A stretch of DNA of 41,561 nt from a virus (taxonomy: Duplodnaviria > Caudoviricetes): IMG/VR virus record IMGVR_UViG_3300033067_001666, positions 1 to 41,561 of that record; one strand, 5' to 3'. The position numbers and the translations under genes were made by a program. Of the stretch, positions 19,865 to 28,136 are shown piece by piece. The notes under the pieces are model-generated. The model was given only the letters and a program-made list of their open reading frames with translations. It was not told the origin of the DNA and did no database searches. Each line of letters opens with the position of its first letter. The stretch's first letter is position 1.

Positions 19865-20091
19865 ACTAGTTGCCAACTATCCGCACGACCACCGAGCGTG
19901 GTACGGTCGTGCACCCCCGGGTCCTTTCATGGCCTGTCGTTGTGCGCTGTGCCCTGGTCGCACACCGAACATTTCGGCGATTTCGGGAATCCCATGCGGT
20001 TGCCCATGATCCCGAACTTCATGGCGGCATGCTACATAGCCGCTGGTCAGAGCGCTATTCGACGGGATCCTGACAACTAGTTGCCAACTAG
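19865..20091. other. probable attP / recombination site region
   Basis: non-coding gap; 15-bp direct repeat ACTAGTTGCCAACTA at 19865-19879 and 20076-20090, each palindromic; central inverted repeat TTCGGGA 19982-19988 / TCCCGAA 20010-20016; ~900 bp from integrase. Confidence 0.55.
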
Positions 20092-20156
20092 ACCGTTTCT
20101 CGCTACCGTGCGTGGTGACAGAAGTTGTTCGCTCTACGCCCACGGGAGTGCCCACA

Positions 20157-20966
20157 ATGACCACGGCAATCGAATGGACCGACCGCACGTGGAACCCTGT
20201 CACGGGATGCGACCGGACCTCGCCCGGCTGCGACAATTGCTACGCCCTCACCATGGCGAAGCGCCTCAAGGCCATGGGGCAGCCCCGCTACCAGAACGAC
20301 GGCGACCCCCGCACCAGCGGCCCCGGGTTCGGCGTCACCTGCCATCGTGACGTGCTCGACCAGCCGAGACGATGGCGGAAGCCGTCGATGGTGTTCGTCA
20401 ACAGCATGTCCGACCTGTTCCACAAGGACGTGCCGCTCCACTTCATCGGCGACGTGTGGCGGACCATGGCCGCCACACCGCAGCACACCTATCAAGTGCT
20501 CACCAAGCGCCCGCAGCGGTTGGTCGCTGAGATCGGATGGGAGGTTGAGCGAGCACAGCTCTACGGCACCGGTAACAGCTTCGTCGTCGGTGATCCCGAC
20601 GCCGGCTACACGCCCTTGCCGAACGTATGGCTAGGCACGTCAATCGAAAGTGACCGTTACACGTTCCGTGCTGACCACCTACGGGCCACCGCCGCGGCCG
20701 TGCGGTTCCTGTCCTGCGAGCCGCTGCTAGGGCCGTTGCCATCACTCGACCTCACCGCCATCGACTGGGTGATCATCGGGGCCGAGAGCGGCCACGGCGC
20801 GCGGCCGATGAGCAACGACTGGGCGCTGGAAGTCGTCGCCAAGGCTGACGCTGCTGGGTGCGCCGTGTTCGTTAAGCAGCTCAGCGGCGGGGTGCATGCT
20901 GTTAAGGACCTCGCGCAGTTCCCACTCGTCAACTTGCGTCGTCGCGAGTACCCGAAAGCCGCCTGA
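20157..20966 (+). CDS. DUF5131 (phage Gp37/Gp68) radical-SAM-like protein
   Basis: TAIEWTDRTWNPVTGC..SPGCDNCYA, FVNSMSDLFH, LTKRP, RFLSCEPLLG, WVIIGAESG, FVKQ. Confidence 0.92.
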   Translation: MTTAIEWTDRTWNPVTGCDRTSPGCDNCYALTMAKRLKAMGQPRYQNDGDPRTSGPGFGVTCHRDVLDQPRRWRKPSMVFVNSMSDLFHKDVPLHFIGDVWRTMAATPQHTYQVLTKRPQRLVAEIGWEVERAQLYGTGNSFVVGDPDAGYTPLPNVWLGTSIESDRYTFRADHLRATAAAVRFLSCEPLLGPLPSLDLTAIDWVIIGAESGHGARPMSNDWALEVVAKADAAGCAVFVKQLSGGVHAVKDLAQFPLVNLRRREYPKAA

Positions 20967-22105
20967 TGCCCGCTCCTAAGCGCCGTCCGCAAGGCTCCGG
21001 CGGCCTGCGTAAGCGTGGCGACCGGTGGCAGTCCTCCGTCGTTGACCCGCGCACCGGGCGCACGCTGTGGCACACGTGGCCGGCCGGGACGACACGCCGC
21101 CAAGCGGAACATAACCACCAGGAATGGTCGGCGGAGATTAGCAAAAGGCGACCGGCCGACCGCACCGTTACCGTCGCCGCCTACCTCACGTCGTGGCTTG
21201 GGATCCGCCAGGCCGACATGACCCCGGCCACCCACGCCCGCCACGCCGCCAACGCCCGGGTCCTCGAGCGCGAGATCGGCGGGGTCCGTTTGGCCGAGCT
21301 CGACCCGCTCGCCCTCACCGAAACGTTCGCCGTGCTCGCCCGCACCTACAGCCCTGCGTCGGTCAAGTCACTACGCGCCACCGCTAACGCGGCGCTCGGC
21401 GACGCTGTCCGCTGGGAGCGGCTGCCGTCGAACCCGATGACCGCCGTACGCCTCCCCAGGCCCCCGGCGAAGCAGGACCGGGCGACCCCGACAACCGAGC
21501 AGGTGCACGCCCTGTGCGCCACGGAGACGGACGATCTGTGGCGTGGGGTGTGGGAGGTGTTGGCCGGGACCGGCGCGCGCCCGGGCGAGGTGCTGGCCCT
21601 GCACTGGCGTGACGTGGACCTGCGGAAAGGCACCGTGCAGATCGGCCGCACCCTCACCCAGAACGGGCGGCGCACGGTCATGGGGGATACGACGAAGACC
21701 CGGCGCGCACGACGTATCGCCATCGACCCGCACCTTGTGAGCGTGCTCACCGCCTGGCGGAGGACGCTACGCGACGAGGAACTGGCGCGCGCCGGTAAGG
21801 ATGCCCCGTTGTTTCCGTCGCCGCTTTCAGGGTCGGGTGTGGTGTCTCAGGGTGCGTTGGCCGCTAGGTTCCGGGCTGGGATGCGTCGTGTCGGGGCGGA
21901 TGAGAACATCACCCCGCACGCGGTGCGGCACTGGTTCATCTCGACGTGGATGGCGCAGGGTTGGCCACCACAGACGATTGCCGCTCACTGCGGGAACTCG
22001 ATCGAACAGGTGATGCAGCGCTACGGGGTCCACGCCCCGGACCACGCTTTGGCTGAGGTGGCGGCGAGAATGCCGGCACGAAACAAGGAGACAAGTAATG
22101 CATGA
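20966..22105 (+). CDS. int: tyrosine integrase
   Basis: TGARPGEVLAL (R), TKT (K), HAVRH (HxxR), CGNS..RY (Y); basic N-terminal arm region. Confidence 0.9.
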   Translation: MPAPKRRPQGSGGLRKRGDRWQSSVVDPRTGRTLWHTWPAGTTRRQAEHNHQEWSAEISKRRPADRTVTVAAYLTSWLGIRQADMTPATHARHAANARVLEREIGGVRLAELDPLALTETFAVLARTYSPASVKSLRATANAALGDAVRWERLPSNPMTAVRLPRPPAKQDRATPTTEQVHALCATETDDLWRGVWEVLAGTGARPGEVLALHWRDVDLRKGTVQIGRTLTQNGRRTVMGDTTKTRRARRIAIDPHLVSVLTAWRRTLRDEELARAGKDAPLFPSPLSGSGVVSQGALAARFRAGMRRVGADENITPHAVRHWFISTWMAQGWPPQTIAAHCGNSIEQVMQRYGVHAPDHALAEVAARMPARNKETSNA

Positions 22106-22640
22106 TCCTTCCGTTCTCGTCGCCGACATCGCCGGGGTCCCGCTCACCCCGCGCTCGCTGCGCCGATGGCGCAAAGGGGCCGGCCGACCTGCGCTGATCG
22201 AGGTATGGCACGAGGAGCCAGGCGGCCGCGACTCGGGGTCCGTCTGCGCGTACAAGTCGATGCGTTGGCATCCGCATCACTGGCGGGTCAGGTTCATGCC
22301 GTACGTCGAGATGCGGCGCCGGTTCGAACGTTGCGCCGCCTGCGGGCGGCGGATGAACCGGGCCACACGGTTCGGCTACATGAGTTCCGACAAGGTCTGG
22401 CACGAGGAATGCTCGGCGCTCGCCGTGATGCGGGGTGACAGGAGACTGCTGCTCGAAGTGCTCGACCGGTTGGCGTTCGCCTACGGCATCGACGACCAAG
22501 ATGCTCTCCGGTCTGTCGTGGTGCGGATGGAACGGCGCGACCAGTTCCTTCTGTACTACCGGACGTGGCAGCTGCTCGCCCACTACAGGGCGAGCGACGA
22601 CAAGTGGCGCGCACCAAACGAGCACATGATCAAAGGCTGA
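22098..22640 (+). CDS. hypothetical protein with CxxC..HxxC motif
   Basis: AAGGAG RBS, overlaps int stop; RCAACG..WHEEC. Confidence 0.65.
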   Translation: MHDPSVLVADIAGVPLTPRSLRRWRKGAGRPALIEVWHEEPGGRDSGSVCAYKSMRWHPHHWRVRFMPYVEMRRRFERCAACGRRMNRATRFGYMSSDKVWHEECSALAVMRGDRRLLLEVLDRLAFAYGIDDQDALRSVVVRMERRDQFLLYYRTWQLLAHYRASDDKWRAPNEHMIKG

Positions 22641-22701
22641 AGCGCCTTAAGCAAGGCCCTTCTTGATCGCGGTTCGGTAACAATCTTCCCGTCGTGTCAC
22701 C

Positions 22702-22748
22702 CATGCACGTGCATGAACCAAACTGCATTAGTTCCGTGTTCGTGCATG
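22702..22748. promoter_or_regulatory. palindromic operator-like site
   Basis: perfect 14-bp palindrome CATGCACGTGCATG 22702-22715 and partial copy CGTGCATG 22741-22748 in a lower-GC intergenic stretch. Confidence 0.4.
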
Positions 22749-22855
22749 TCACTGAACTGTCATCGATTCCGTTGCCGACGTAACGTCGAGTGGCGGTAGT
22801 GCGACGGTAGGGTGCCCGCGGGCCGACGCCGAGGGAAACACGGAGGGCTACCCCG

Positions 22856-23128
22856 ATGCCGCCAGAAGGAAACGCCGATACGACCAGCGCCGGTGATTGG
22901 GTGCTGATCGACCGGCGAACGATCGACACCGAACAACAACGGATCGCGATGATCCGCCACTACGCCGAAGCACTACTCAGCGTTCTGCCGGGCCATCCGC
23001 TCGAGCCGGATCAACTGCGCGACAGCCTGTTTCGTGGTGGCGGACAACCTGACGGACGACAAGATGACGTCGAGCTCGTCGACCTCCGGCGGGTCGATCC
23101 CAGCCCCACGGACCAGCGAACCGACTGA
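22856..23128 (+). CDS. hypothetical protein (convergent overlap with repressor)
   Basis: GGAGGG RBS; plausible codons in 5' half; 156-nt antisense overlap lowers confidence. Confidence 0.35.
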   Translation: MPPEGNADTTSAGDWVLIDRRTIDTEQQRIAMIRHYAEALLSVLPGHPLEPDQLRDSLFRGGGQPDGRQDDVELVDLRRVDPSPTDQRTD

Positions 23129-23491
23129 ACACCCCAGCCCCTTCGCTATGTCGACGAGCTCGCCGACCGTCCACGACTGGCGGGGGCCTTTCGACGACAG
23201 CAGCCGGGCGGCGGAGTGCACGTTCCATCCGACCTGACGGGCCGCCTCGCTGCGGCTCCACCCTTTGCGGATGGTCATTTGGTGGAGGACTTCGGCGGTC
23301 AACACGTCGTCGACACCGGCGCGCGGTGGCCGGCGGCGGCGCACGTCGTCGTCGGGATCCTCACCGATCCGTGAGCGTGGGGCGGGGAGCGGCTTGCGTG
23401 TTTTGGCGGGGGTGGTGCGTGGTTTGCGTGGTGGCTTGGCTGGCTTTTGGCCGTCGTCATCTGCGGGTTTGTGTGTGGGCACGGCTGTCAT
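22973..23491 (-). CDS. XRE-type HTH immunity repressor candidate
   Basis: KGWSRSEAARQVGW..WTVGELVDIAKGLGCSVGSL; divergent from a Cro/Xis-like gene. Confidence 0.7.
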   Translation of the reverse strand: MTAVPTHKPADDDGQKPAKPPRKPRTTPAKTRKPLPAPRSRIGEDPDDDVRRRRPPRAGVDDVLTAEVLHQMTIRKGWSRSEAARQVGWNVHSAARLLSSKGPRQSWTVGELVDIAKGLGCSVGSLVRGAGIDPPEVDELDVILSSVRLSATTKQAVAQLIRLERMARQNAE

Positions 23492-23550
23492 TCTGCCCAG
23501 GGTTGTGGTCGTTAAGCACACACCTCTTTGAGTGATCCACGAGTTTTTGC

Positions 23551-23633
23551 TTGCTGTTGGTCGATGTGCGACGTAGAGTCGTCGATGTGGACACGAACAG
23601 CGAACACAACGAACGTCAGTCAAATCCTGACGT
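23551..23633 (+). promoter_or_regulatory. rightward early promoter and operator
   Basis: TTGCTG(23551)-17bp-TAGAGT(23574); inverted repeat ACGTCAG-N7-CTGACGT 23613-23633. Confidence 0.5.
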
Positions 23634-23652
23634 GAACAGCAAACCGCACGAC

Positions 23653-23928
23653 GTGACCGCCGTTAGCGAACCATTCGACCCGGCCGACATCCAACGGCGG
23701 CTCACCGAACTCGAAGCGCTTCTCAAGCCCCACCAGTTCGACCGCTGGCACCCGCTCCGCCGGGCGTCTGACCTCACCGGCATTCCCAAGGGCACGCTCC
23801 AGTACTGGATCCGCACGCACCGGATCGCCCGAGACACGGACTGCCGCAAGCTCCGCGGCATGTGGTTCATCAACCCCGCATGGGTCGCCTCACAAGCGGC
23901 CCTCAACCCCCGAAAGGACACCGCATGA
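23653..23928 (+). CDS. excisionase/Cro-like HTH protein
   Basis: LRRASDLTGIPKGTLQYWIR..RGMWFI MerR/Xis-type HTH; start uncertain (GTG 23632 or 23653). Confidence 0.7.
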   Translation: MTAVSEPFDPADIQRRLTELEALLKPHQFDRWHPLRRASDLTGIPKGTLQYWIRTHRIARDTDCRKLRGMWFINPAWVASQAALNPRKDTA

Positions 23929-24515
23929 CGCCCACCATCGACATCCACGCCGTACTCGTCGCCCACAAACTGTGGCTCCAAGGAAACCCCGAAGGCCGCC
24001 GCGCCGACCTCACCGGCGCCTACCTCACCGGCGCCAACCTTGCCGGCGCCAACCTTGCCGGCGCCTACCTCACCCGCGCCTACCTCACCGGCGCCAACCT
24101 TGCCGGCGCCTACCTCACCCGCGCCAACCTCACCGGCGCCAACCTTGCCGGCGCCAACCTTGCCGGCGCCAACCTTGCCGGCGCCTACCTCACCCGCGCC
24201 AACCTCACCGGCGCCGACCTCACCGGCGCCAACCTCACCCGCACCGACCTCACCGGCGCCAACCTCACCCGCACCGACCTCGCCGGCACGTGCGTGTCGC
24301 TGCTGCTTGGCGACGACGGACGCTGTTATCGGGTGGTCGCCCATCGCGGGCTGCTGTCCGACGGTGAACCGGTCTATCTGGCCGGGTGCCGCAAGCTCTC
24401 CATCGTCGGCGCACGCGCCCACTGGTCGAACCCCGACCACCCAGACCGGGCCGCTGCGGCCCGGATCCTTGCCGCGATCGAAACTCACCAAGCAGCCCTC
24501 AACCCCCGCAAGTAA
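23925..24515 (+). CDS. pentapeptide repeat protein
   Basis: 19 tandem [AT][NDY]L[TA][GR] units; AAAGGA RBS. Confidence 0.92.
   Translation: MTPTIDIHAVLVAHKLWLQGNPEGRRADLTGAYLTGANLAGANLAGAYLTRAYLTGANLAGAYLTRANLTGANLAGANLAGANLAGAYLTRANLTGADLTGANLTRTDLTGANLTRTDLAGTCVSLLLGDDGRCYRVVAHRGLLSDGEPVYLAGCRKLSIVGARAHWSNPDHPDRAAAARILAAIETHQAALNPRK
24003..24287 (+). repeat. 19 x 15-bp coding tandem repeat
   Basis: units such as GCCAACCTTGCCGGC / GCCTACCTCACCCGC. Confidence 0.95.
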
Positions 24516-24535
24516 CCCCAAGAAACAAGGCGGAC

Positions 24536-25321
24536 ATGACCCCCATCACCAAGCTCACCACCGTGGCAGTGCTCGCAACACTCGCCGCACCCACCCTCGC
24601 CGCAACCGCCGGAGCAACCCCCAACTGCACCGGCCGCGCAGCCCTCACCACCTACACCGTCACCATCACCGACACCACCTACCACGCCACCTTCACCCCC
24701 ACCCCCGGCTGCGAACAGGCCGACATCACCATCGCCGCCCACAACACCGCCCACCTCACCTGGGACCCCACCGAACTCCAGCCCCTCATCGCCAGCCACA
24801 CCGTCCCCGCCGGCACAGGCGAGCTCACCTGGACCCTCCCCAACGGCGTGTCGCCCCGCTGCCGCCTCCAACTCGACCTCATCACCGGCCCGGCGTTGCC
24901 CGAGATCAACCCGACCTCCCGGTACAACGAAACCGCCATCGGCGGGGTCGCCAACCGCCTGGTCGACGCCCGCTACAGCGAATCGAAGTGCACCGCAACC
25001 GGCGGGCCGACCCCGATCCCCACCCAGCCCGTGGAGCCCCCGACGACGACACAGGTCACTCCCCCCGAGACCGACGTGCCGCTCGAGGAGGCGCCCACCA
25101 CGACGACGCCGGAGGTACTCGCTCCCTCCACGGTGCCTCCGGCGTCGTCATCCACCCAACCCGAAGCCGCCGTCGTGGGCGGCGACCCCACCCCCGTCTT
25201 GCCGATGACCGGCGGTAACACCAGCCTGATCGTGGCATGGGGTGCTGGGCTCCTCACCGCAGGCGCAGCGTTCGTCTGCGGTGGCCGCAAGATCCGCCGC
25301 CGCACCTACCAGGAGAACTGA
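24536..25321 (+). CDS. secreted, sortase-anchored (LPXTG) surface protein
   Basis: signal peptide, Cys-containing beta domain, Pro/Thr/Glu linker, LPMTG + hydrophobic helix + RKIRRR. Confidence 0.8.
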   Translation: MTPITKLTTVAVLATLAAPTLAATAGATPNCTGRAALTTYTVTITDTTYHATFTPTPGCEQADITIAAHNTAHLTWDPTELQPLIASHTVPAGTGELTWTLPNGVSPRCRLQLDLITGPALPEINPTSRYNETAIGGVANRLVDARYSESKCTATGGPTPIPTQPVEPPTTTQVTPPETDVPLEEAPTTTTPEVLAPSTVPPASSSTQPEAAVVGGDPTPVLPMTGGNTSLIVAWGAGLLTAGAAFVCGGRKIRRRTYQEN

Positions 25322-25557
25322 TGCCAAGCCTGGCCACCTCGGTTCGACGCCACGTCAAACGTGCGTCGCCCACCGCCACAGTCACCGAGTACAACACCAG
25401 CCCTTTCTGCGAGCGGGTCATCGTTTCCACCCTCGCCGACGAATACGAGACGGTCCTTGAAGTGCTGCGATCGAAGATGCGCGACGAGATCTACGTGACC
25501 GGCTACAGCAGAGGCAAGCGAACAGCGCAGTTCATCGTTGAATGGCAGGTGACATGA
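25321..25557 (+). CDS. hypothetical protein
   Basis: AGGAG RBS, TGATG coupling. Confidence 0.6.
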   Translation: MPSLATSVRRHVKRASPTATVTEYNTSPFCERVIVSTLADEYETVLEVLRSKMRDEIYVTGYSRGKRTAQFIVEWQVT

Positions 25558-25769
25558 CCCCGACGGATGTGTTGGCGGCGGCGATCGCCCGGCGGATCAA
25601 CACCCACAAACACCGCTGCCCCGAAGCCGCCAACACCGAACCCGAACCCTGGATGACCGAAGCCGCCAACGAAATCGCAGCCGCGATCAACACGCCAGGC
25701 TTCCACGCCCGCCTCAACCCCGACCAGATGCGACGCGCCATCATCGCCGAACTCGAACAGGAGAACTAA
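25554..25769 (+). CDS. hypothetical protein
   Basis: ATGA coupling in early operon. Confidence 0.6.
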   Translation: MTPTDVLAAAIARRINTHKHRCPEAANTEPEPWMTEAANEIAAAINTPGFHARLNPDQMRRAIIAELEQEN

Positions 25770-26038
25770 TGAGCACCACCGTCGACATAGCGGCCGAACT
25801 CGGATGCGAAGAGATGACCACCTTCATCATCGATGAAACCGATCTCACGGTCGGCTGGAACGACAATGGGTACAGCCCCGTCACCTTCCAGATCAAGCAG
25901 ACCCGGGACAACCAGAACGACAACAGCGCCGCCATCTGGTTCGACACGCACACCGCTCGACGCATCGCCCGTGCGCTCATGGACGCCGCCGAACAGGTCG
26001 ACCTCGCAGCCGCCAAGACGGGAGCCGTCGCGCCGTGA
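25769..26038 (+). CDS. hypothetical protein
   Basis: AGGAG RBS, TAATG coupling. Confidence 0.6.
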   Translation: MSTTVDIAAELGCEEMTTFIIDETDLTVGWNDNGYSPVTFQIKQTRDNQNDNSAAIWFDTHTARRIARALMDAAEQVDLAAAKTGAVAP

Positions 26039-26361
26039 CCGGGGCGTCGTCACGCCGCAAAGGCGCCACCTACGCCCTCACAATCCGCCGCTGGCTCGAA
26101 GCACAAGGCTGGGAATGCATGGCCCGACAAGCAGGCGAAGACGGCGACGACATCCGCATACTCGACCTCCCCCACCTCTCCATCGAAATCAAGAACCAAG
26201 CCCGCCTCAACCTCGCCGGCTGGATGACCCAAGCCACCCGGCAGGCAGGCGAACGCATCCCCGTTGTCGTCCACAAACGCCACGGCGTCGGCGACCCCGC
26301 CAACCAGTGGGTCACGTTGCAGCTCGCCGACTTCGAACGGCTCATCCGGAAAGGACGCTGA
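26035..26361 (+). CDS. Holliday junction resolvase (PD-(D/E)XK, actinophage type)
   Basis: SRRKG..DGDDI..IEIKNQ..W..QA..PVVVHKR. Confidence 0.75.
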   Translation: MTGASSRRKGATYALTIRRWLEAQGWECMARQAGEDGDDIRILDLPHLSIEIKNQARLNLAGWMTQATRQAGERIPVVVHKRHGVGDPANQWVTLQLADFERLIRKGR

Positions 26362-26565
26362 ATGTCCCGGCCTGTGCGGTGCGACCATTGCAACGAACCG
26401 ACGTCCGACCGGGTCGGGTACATCGTCTACAACATCCACGTCCGCTCCGAAGGCGACGCCCCCCACCGCTCCCACCTCGACCACGACTTCTGCGGAATCG
26501 AATGCCTCGCCGCCTGGGCCAACGCCCGGCTCGACGACAAGAACCAAGGGATGCACCTCACATGA
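26362..26565 (+). CDS. small Zn-finger protein
   Basis: RCDHC..DFCGIEC. Confidence 0.6.
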   Translation: MSRPVRCDHCNEPTSDRVGYIVYNIHVRSEGDAPHRSHLDHDFCGIECLAAWANARLDDKNQGMHLT

Positions 26566-26969
26566 CCGACAGCCTGGAATGGGATTCGACGTTCACCACA
26601 GACGATGAAGCTGTCTGCGTCACCTACCGCGGACACGTCGACCGGGCCGTCGCCATCCACGACGCAACGGTGCGAGTCGCTCGCCACATCGGCTACCAGC
26701 TCGACGAAGTCGACCCTGCCGACATCCGTTTCGACCACACCGTCAAAGGCAAAGACCCGTCAGGCGAATACGGCTGGCTGTACGGCCCGCTGCCCCACAA
26801 CTGCCACGAAGATTTCACCTGCGTTGTGCACCCGCCCGAAGTCGAAAACGACCCTGACTTCGAAGACTTCGACGCCTGCCGTTGCGCCGACTGGTGCCCC
26901 GGCGACGGCGAAGACATCGACCCGGCCGACCCGGCCCCGGCCACCGTGTTCACGTGGGGCTCGACCTAA
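26562..26969 (+). CDS. acidic Cys/His-containing hypothetical protein
   Basis: ATGA coupling; last gene before terminator. Confidence 0.6.
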   Translation: MTDSLEWDSTFTTDDEAVCVTYRGHVDRAVAIHDATVRVARHIGYQLDEVDPADIRFDHTVKGKDPSGEYGWLYGPLPHNCHEDFTCVVHPPEVENDPDFEDFDACRCADWCPGDGEDIDPADPAPATVFTWGST

Positions 26970-27019
26970 CCAACAACCCCGACGGAGGCCACAACGAACC
27001 ACTAACAACCCGCACGGCA

Positions 27020-27052
27020 GAAGACCCCCAGCCAAACCGGCCGGGGGTCTTC
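27020..27052. terminator. hairpin terminator between convergent operons
   Basis: GAAGACCCCC / GGGGGTCTTC 10-bp stem, extended by GCC/GGC, followed by GCTTTG. Confidence 0.7.
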
Positions 27053-27067
27053 GCTTTGTGCGGGGGT

Positions 27068-27289
27068 TCAGTTCTTGGGTGGGTTGATCGCGTTCCACAC
27101 GGCCTGGCGGGACACGTTCAACCGTCTCGCCGTTTCGGACATCCCGATCGCATCGACAAGCGCTTGCAGCACCTCACGCCGCTCCTCAGCAAGCCCGCCG
27201 ATCGCCGACCTGTGATCAGCCATCGCCTGGCGGATCGCCCGTTCCTTGTCCATCAAGGCGGTCACGATGTCCTCACCCGCCTCTGCCAT
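27068..27289 (-). CDS. small HTH DNA-binding protein
   Basis: GMSETARRLNVSRQAVWNA HTH after a coiled-coil. Confidence 0.7.
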   Translation of the reverse strand: MAEAGEDIVTALMDKERAIRQAMADHRSAIGGLAEERREVLQALVDAIGMSETARRLNVSRQAVWNAINPPKN

Positions 27290-27311
27290 AACACCCGACG
27301 ATAGCCCACCC

Positions 27312-27731
27312 CTAACCGCCGATCTGCAACGTCGGACCGAGATGCACCGGGATCTGCGGGGCCGGCTCGAGCTCCATGCCCGCAGGCTTCTGCGGCTCGA
27401 TCGGAGACCCGTCGCACGACTTGCGCTGCCAGCACGTCGAGTACCGGCCTTTGACCTTCGGGCCGTACTTCGCAGCCCCGTACGCCGCAGCACCAACCGC
27501 CCCGGCCGCGAGAACCTTCGACGACCCGATACCCGACGCTGCGCCCTTCCCTGCCGCCTCTGCGGCACTGTCGATCGTGTCGCCGACCTGCGCCGCACCG
27601 AGCTCGGCCGACCGGTTAAGCGTCGCCTTTCCATCGATCGACCCGTCCTTGTTGGTGACGATCCCGCCGTTCATGCCGCCCACCGCAAGGACTGCGACGA
27701 TGACAACTCCGGCCGTTCTCATTGCGCTCAT
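27312..27731 (-). CDS. membrane/secreted Gly-Ala-rich protein
   Basis: hydrophobic N-terminus, second hydrophobic GxxxA-rich stretch; AGGAG RBS. Confidence 0.65.
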   Translation of the reverse strand: MSAMRTAGVVIVAVLAVGGMNGGIVTNKDGSIDGKATLNRSAELGAAQVGDTIDSAAEAAGKGAASGIGSSKVLAAGAVGAAAYGAAKYGPKVKGRYSTCWQRKSCDGSPIEPQKPAGMELEPAPQIPVHLGPTLQIGG

Positions 27732-28132
27732 CTACCTACTCCTGCTCGAGGCCAATGAGCCGGGAACGGCGCGCCGTGACCGACCCTTGACCACCACTCT
27801 TCGGGCGTGTCGTCGCCCTTCGATGAATTGCACGAGATGCACGCCGGCACCCGGTTCCCCGGGCCGTCGTCACCCCCACGGGACCACGGGTACACGTGGT
27901 CCCAGGCGTCCGCCGGGCGGCCGCAGTACGTGCACTGGTAGAACCTTGACGGCCCCGCAACCCTGGTCATCGACACCCGCTTGCGGGCCACCCCGAGCAC
28001 CGCGTCCTTGCCTGCGCCAAGCCACAACAACGGCAGCGACACGAACAAGGCGACGGTGATAGCGGTGTACCGGCCTGCCATGGCGAGGCAGGCGAGCGGG
28101 AACACGACGGCGAAAACGTGGCGGGGTTTCAT
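27728..28132 (-). CDS. membrane-anchored HNH endonuclease
   Basis: two N-terminal hydrophobic segments, then CTYCG..DHVYPWSRGG..NRVPACISCNSSKG. Confidence 0.8.
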   Translation of the reverse strand: MKPRHVFAVVFPLACLAMAGRYTAITVALFVSLPLLWLGAGKDAVLGVARKRVSMTRVAGPSRFYQCTYCGRPADAWDHVYPWSRGGDDGPGNRVPACISCNSSKGDDTPEEWWSRVGHGAPFPAHWPRAGVGR

Positions 28133-28136
28133 GGTT

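Noticed and set aside
19960-20022. Minus-strand MKFGIM.. as the start of a host-like gene in the att core
   Set aside because: Only a few residues of resemblance; cannot be supported without a host sequence.
24003-24287. Tandem repeats as a CRISPR array
   Set aside because: 15-bp in-frame units with no unique spacers; they encode pentapeptide repeats; no cas genes.
23616-25218. Alternative-frame repeat ORFs (GAGEV, PAPTS, RRQP repeats)
   Set aside because: Other frames of the pentapeptide repeat; only 23925-24515 has an RBS and known repeat consensus.
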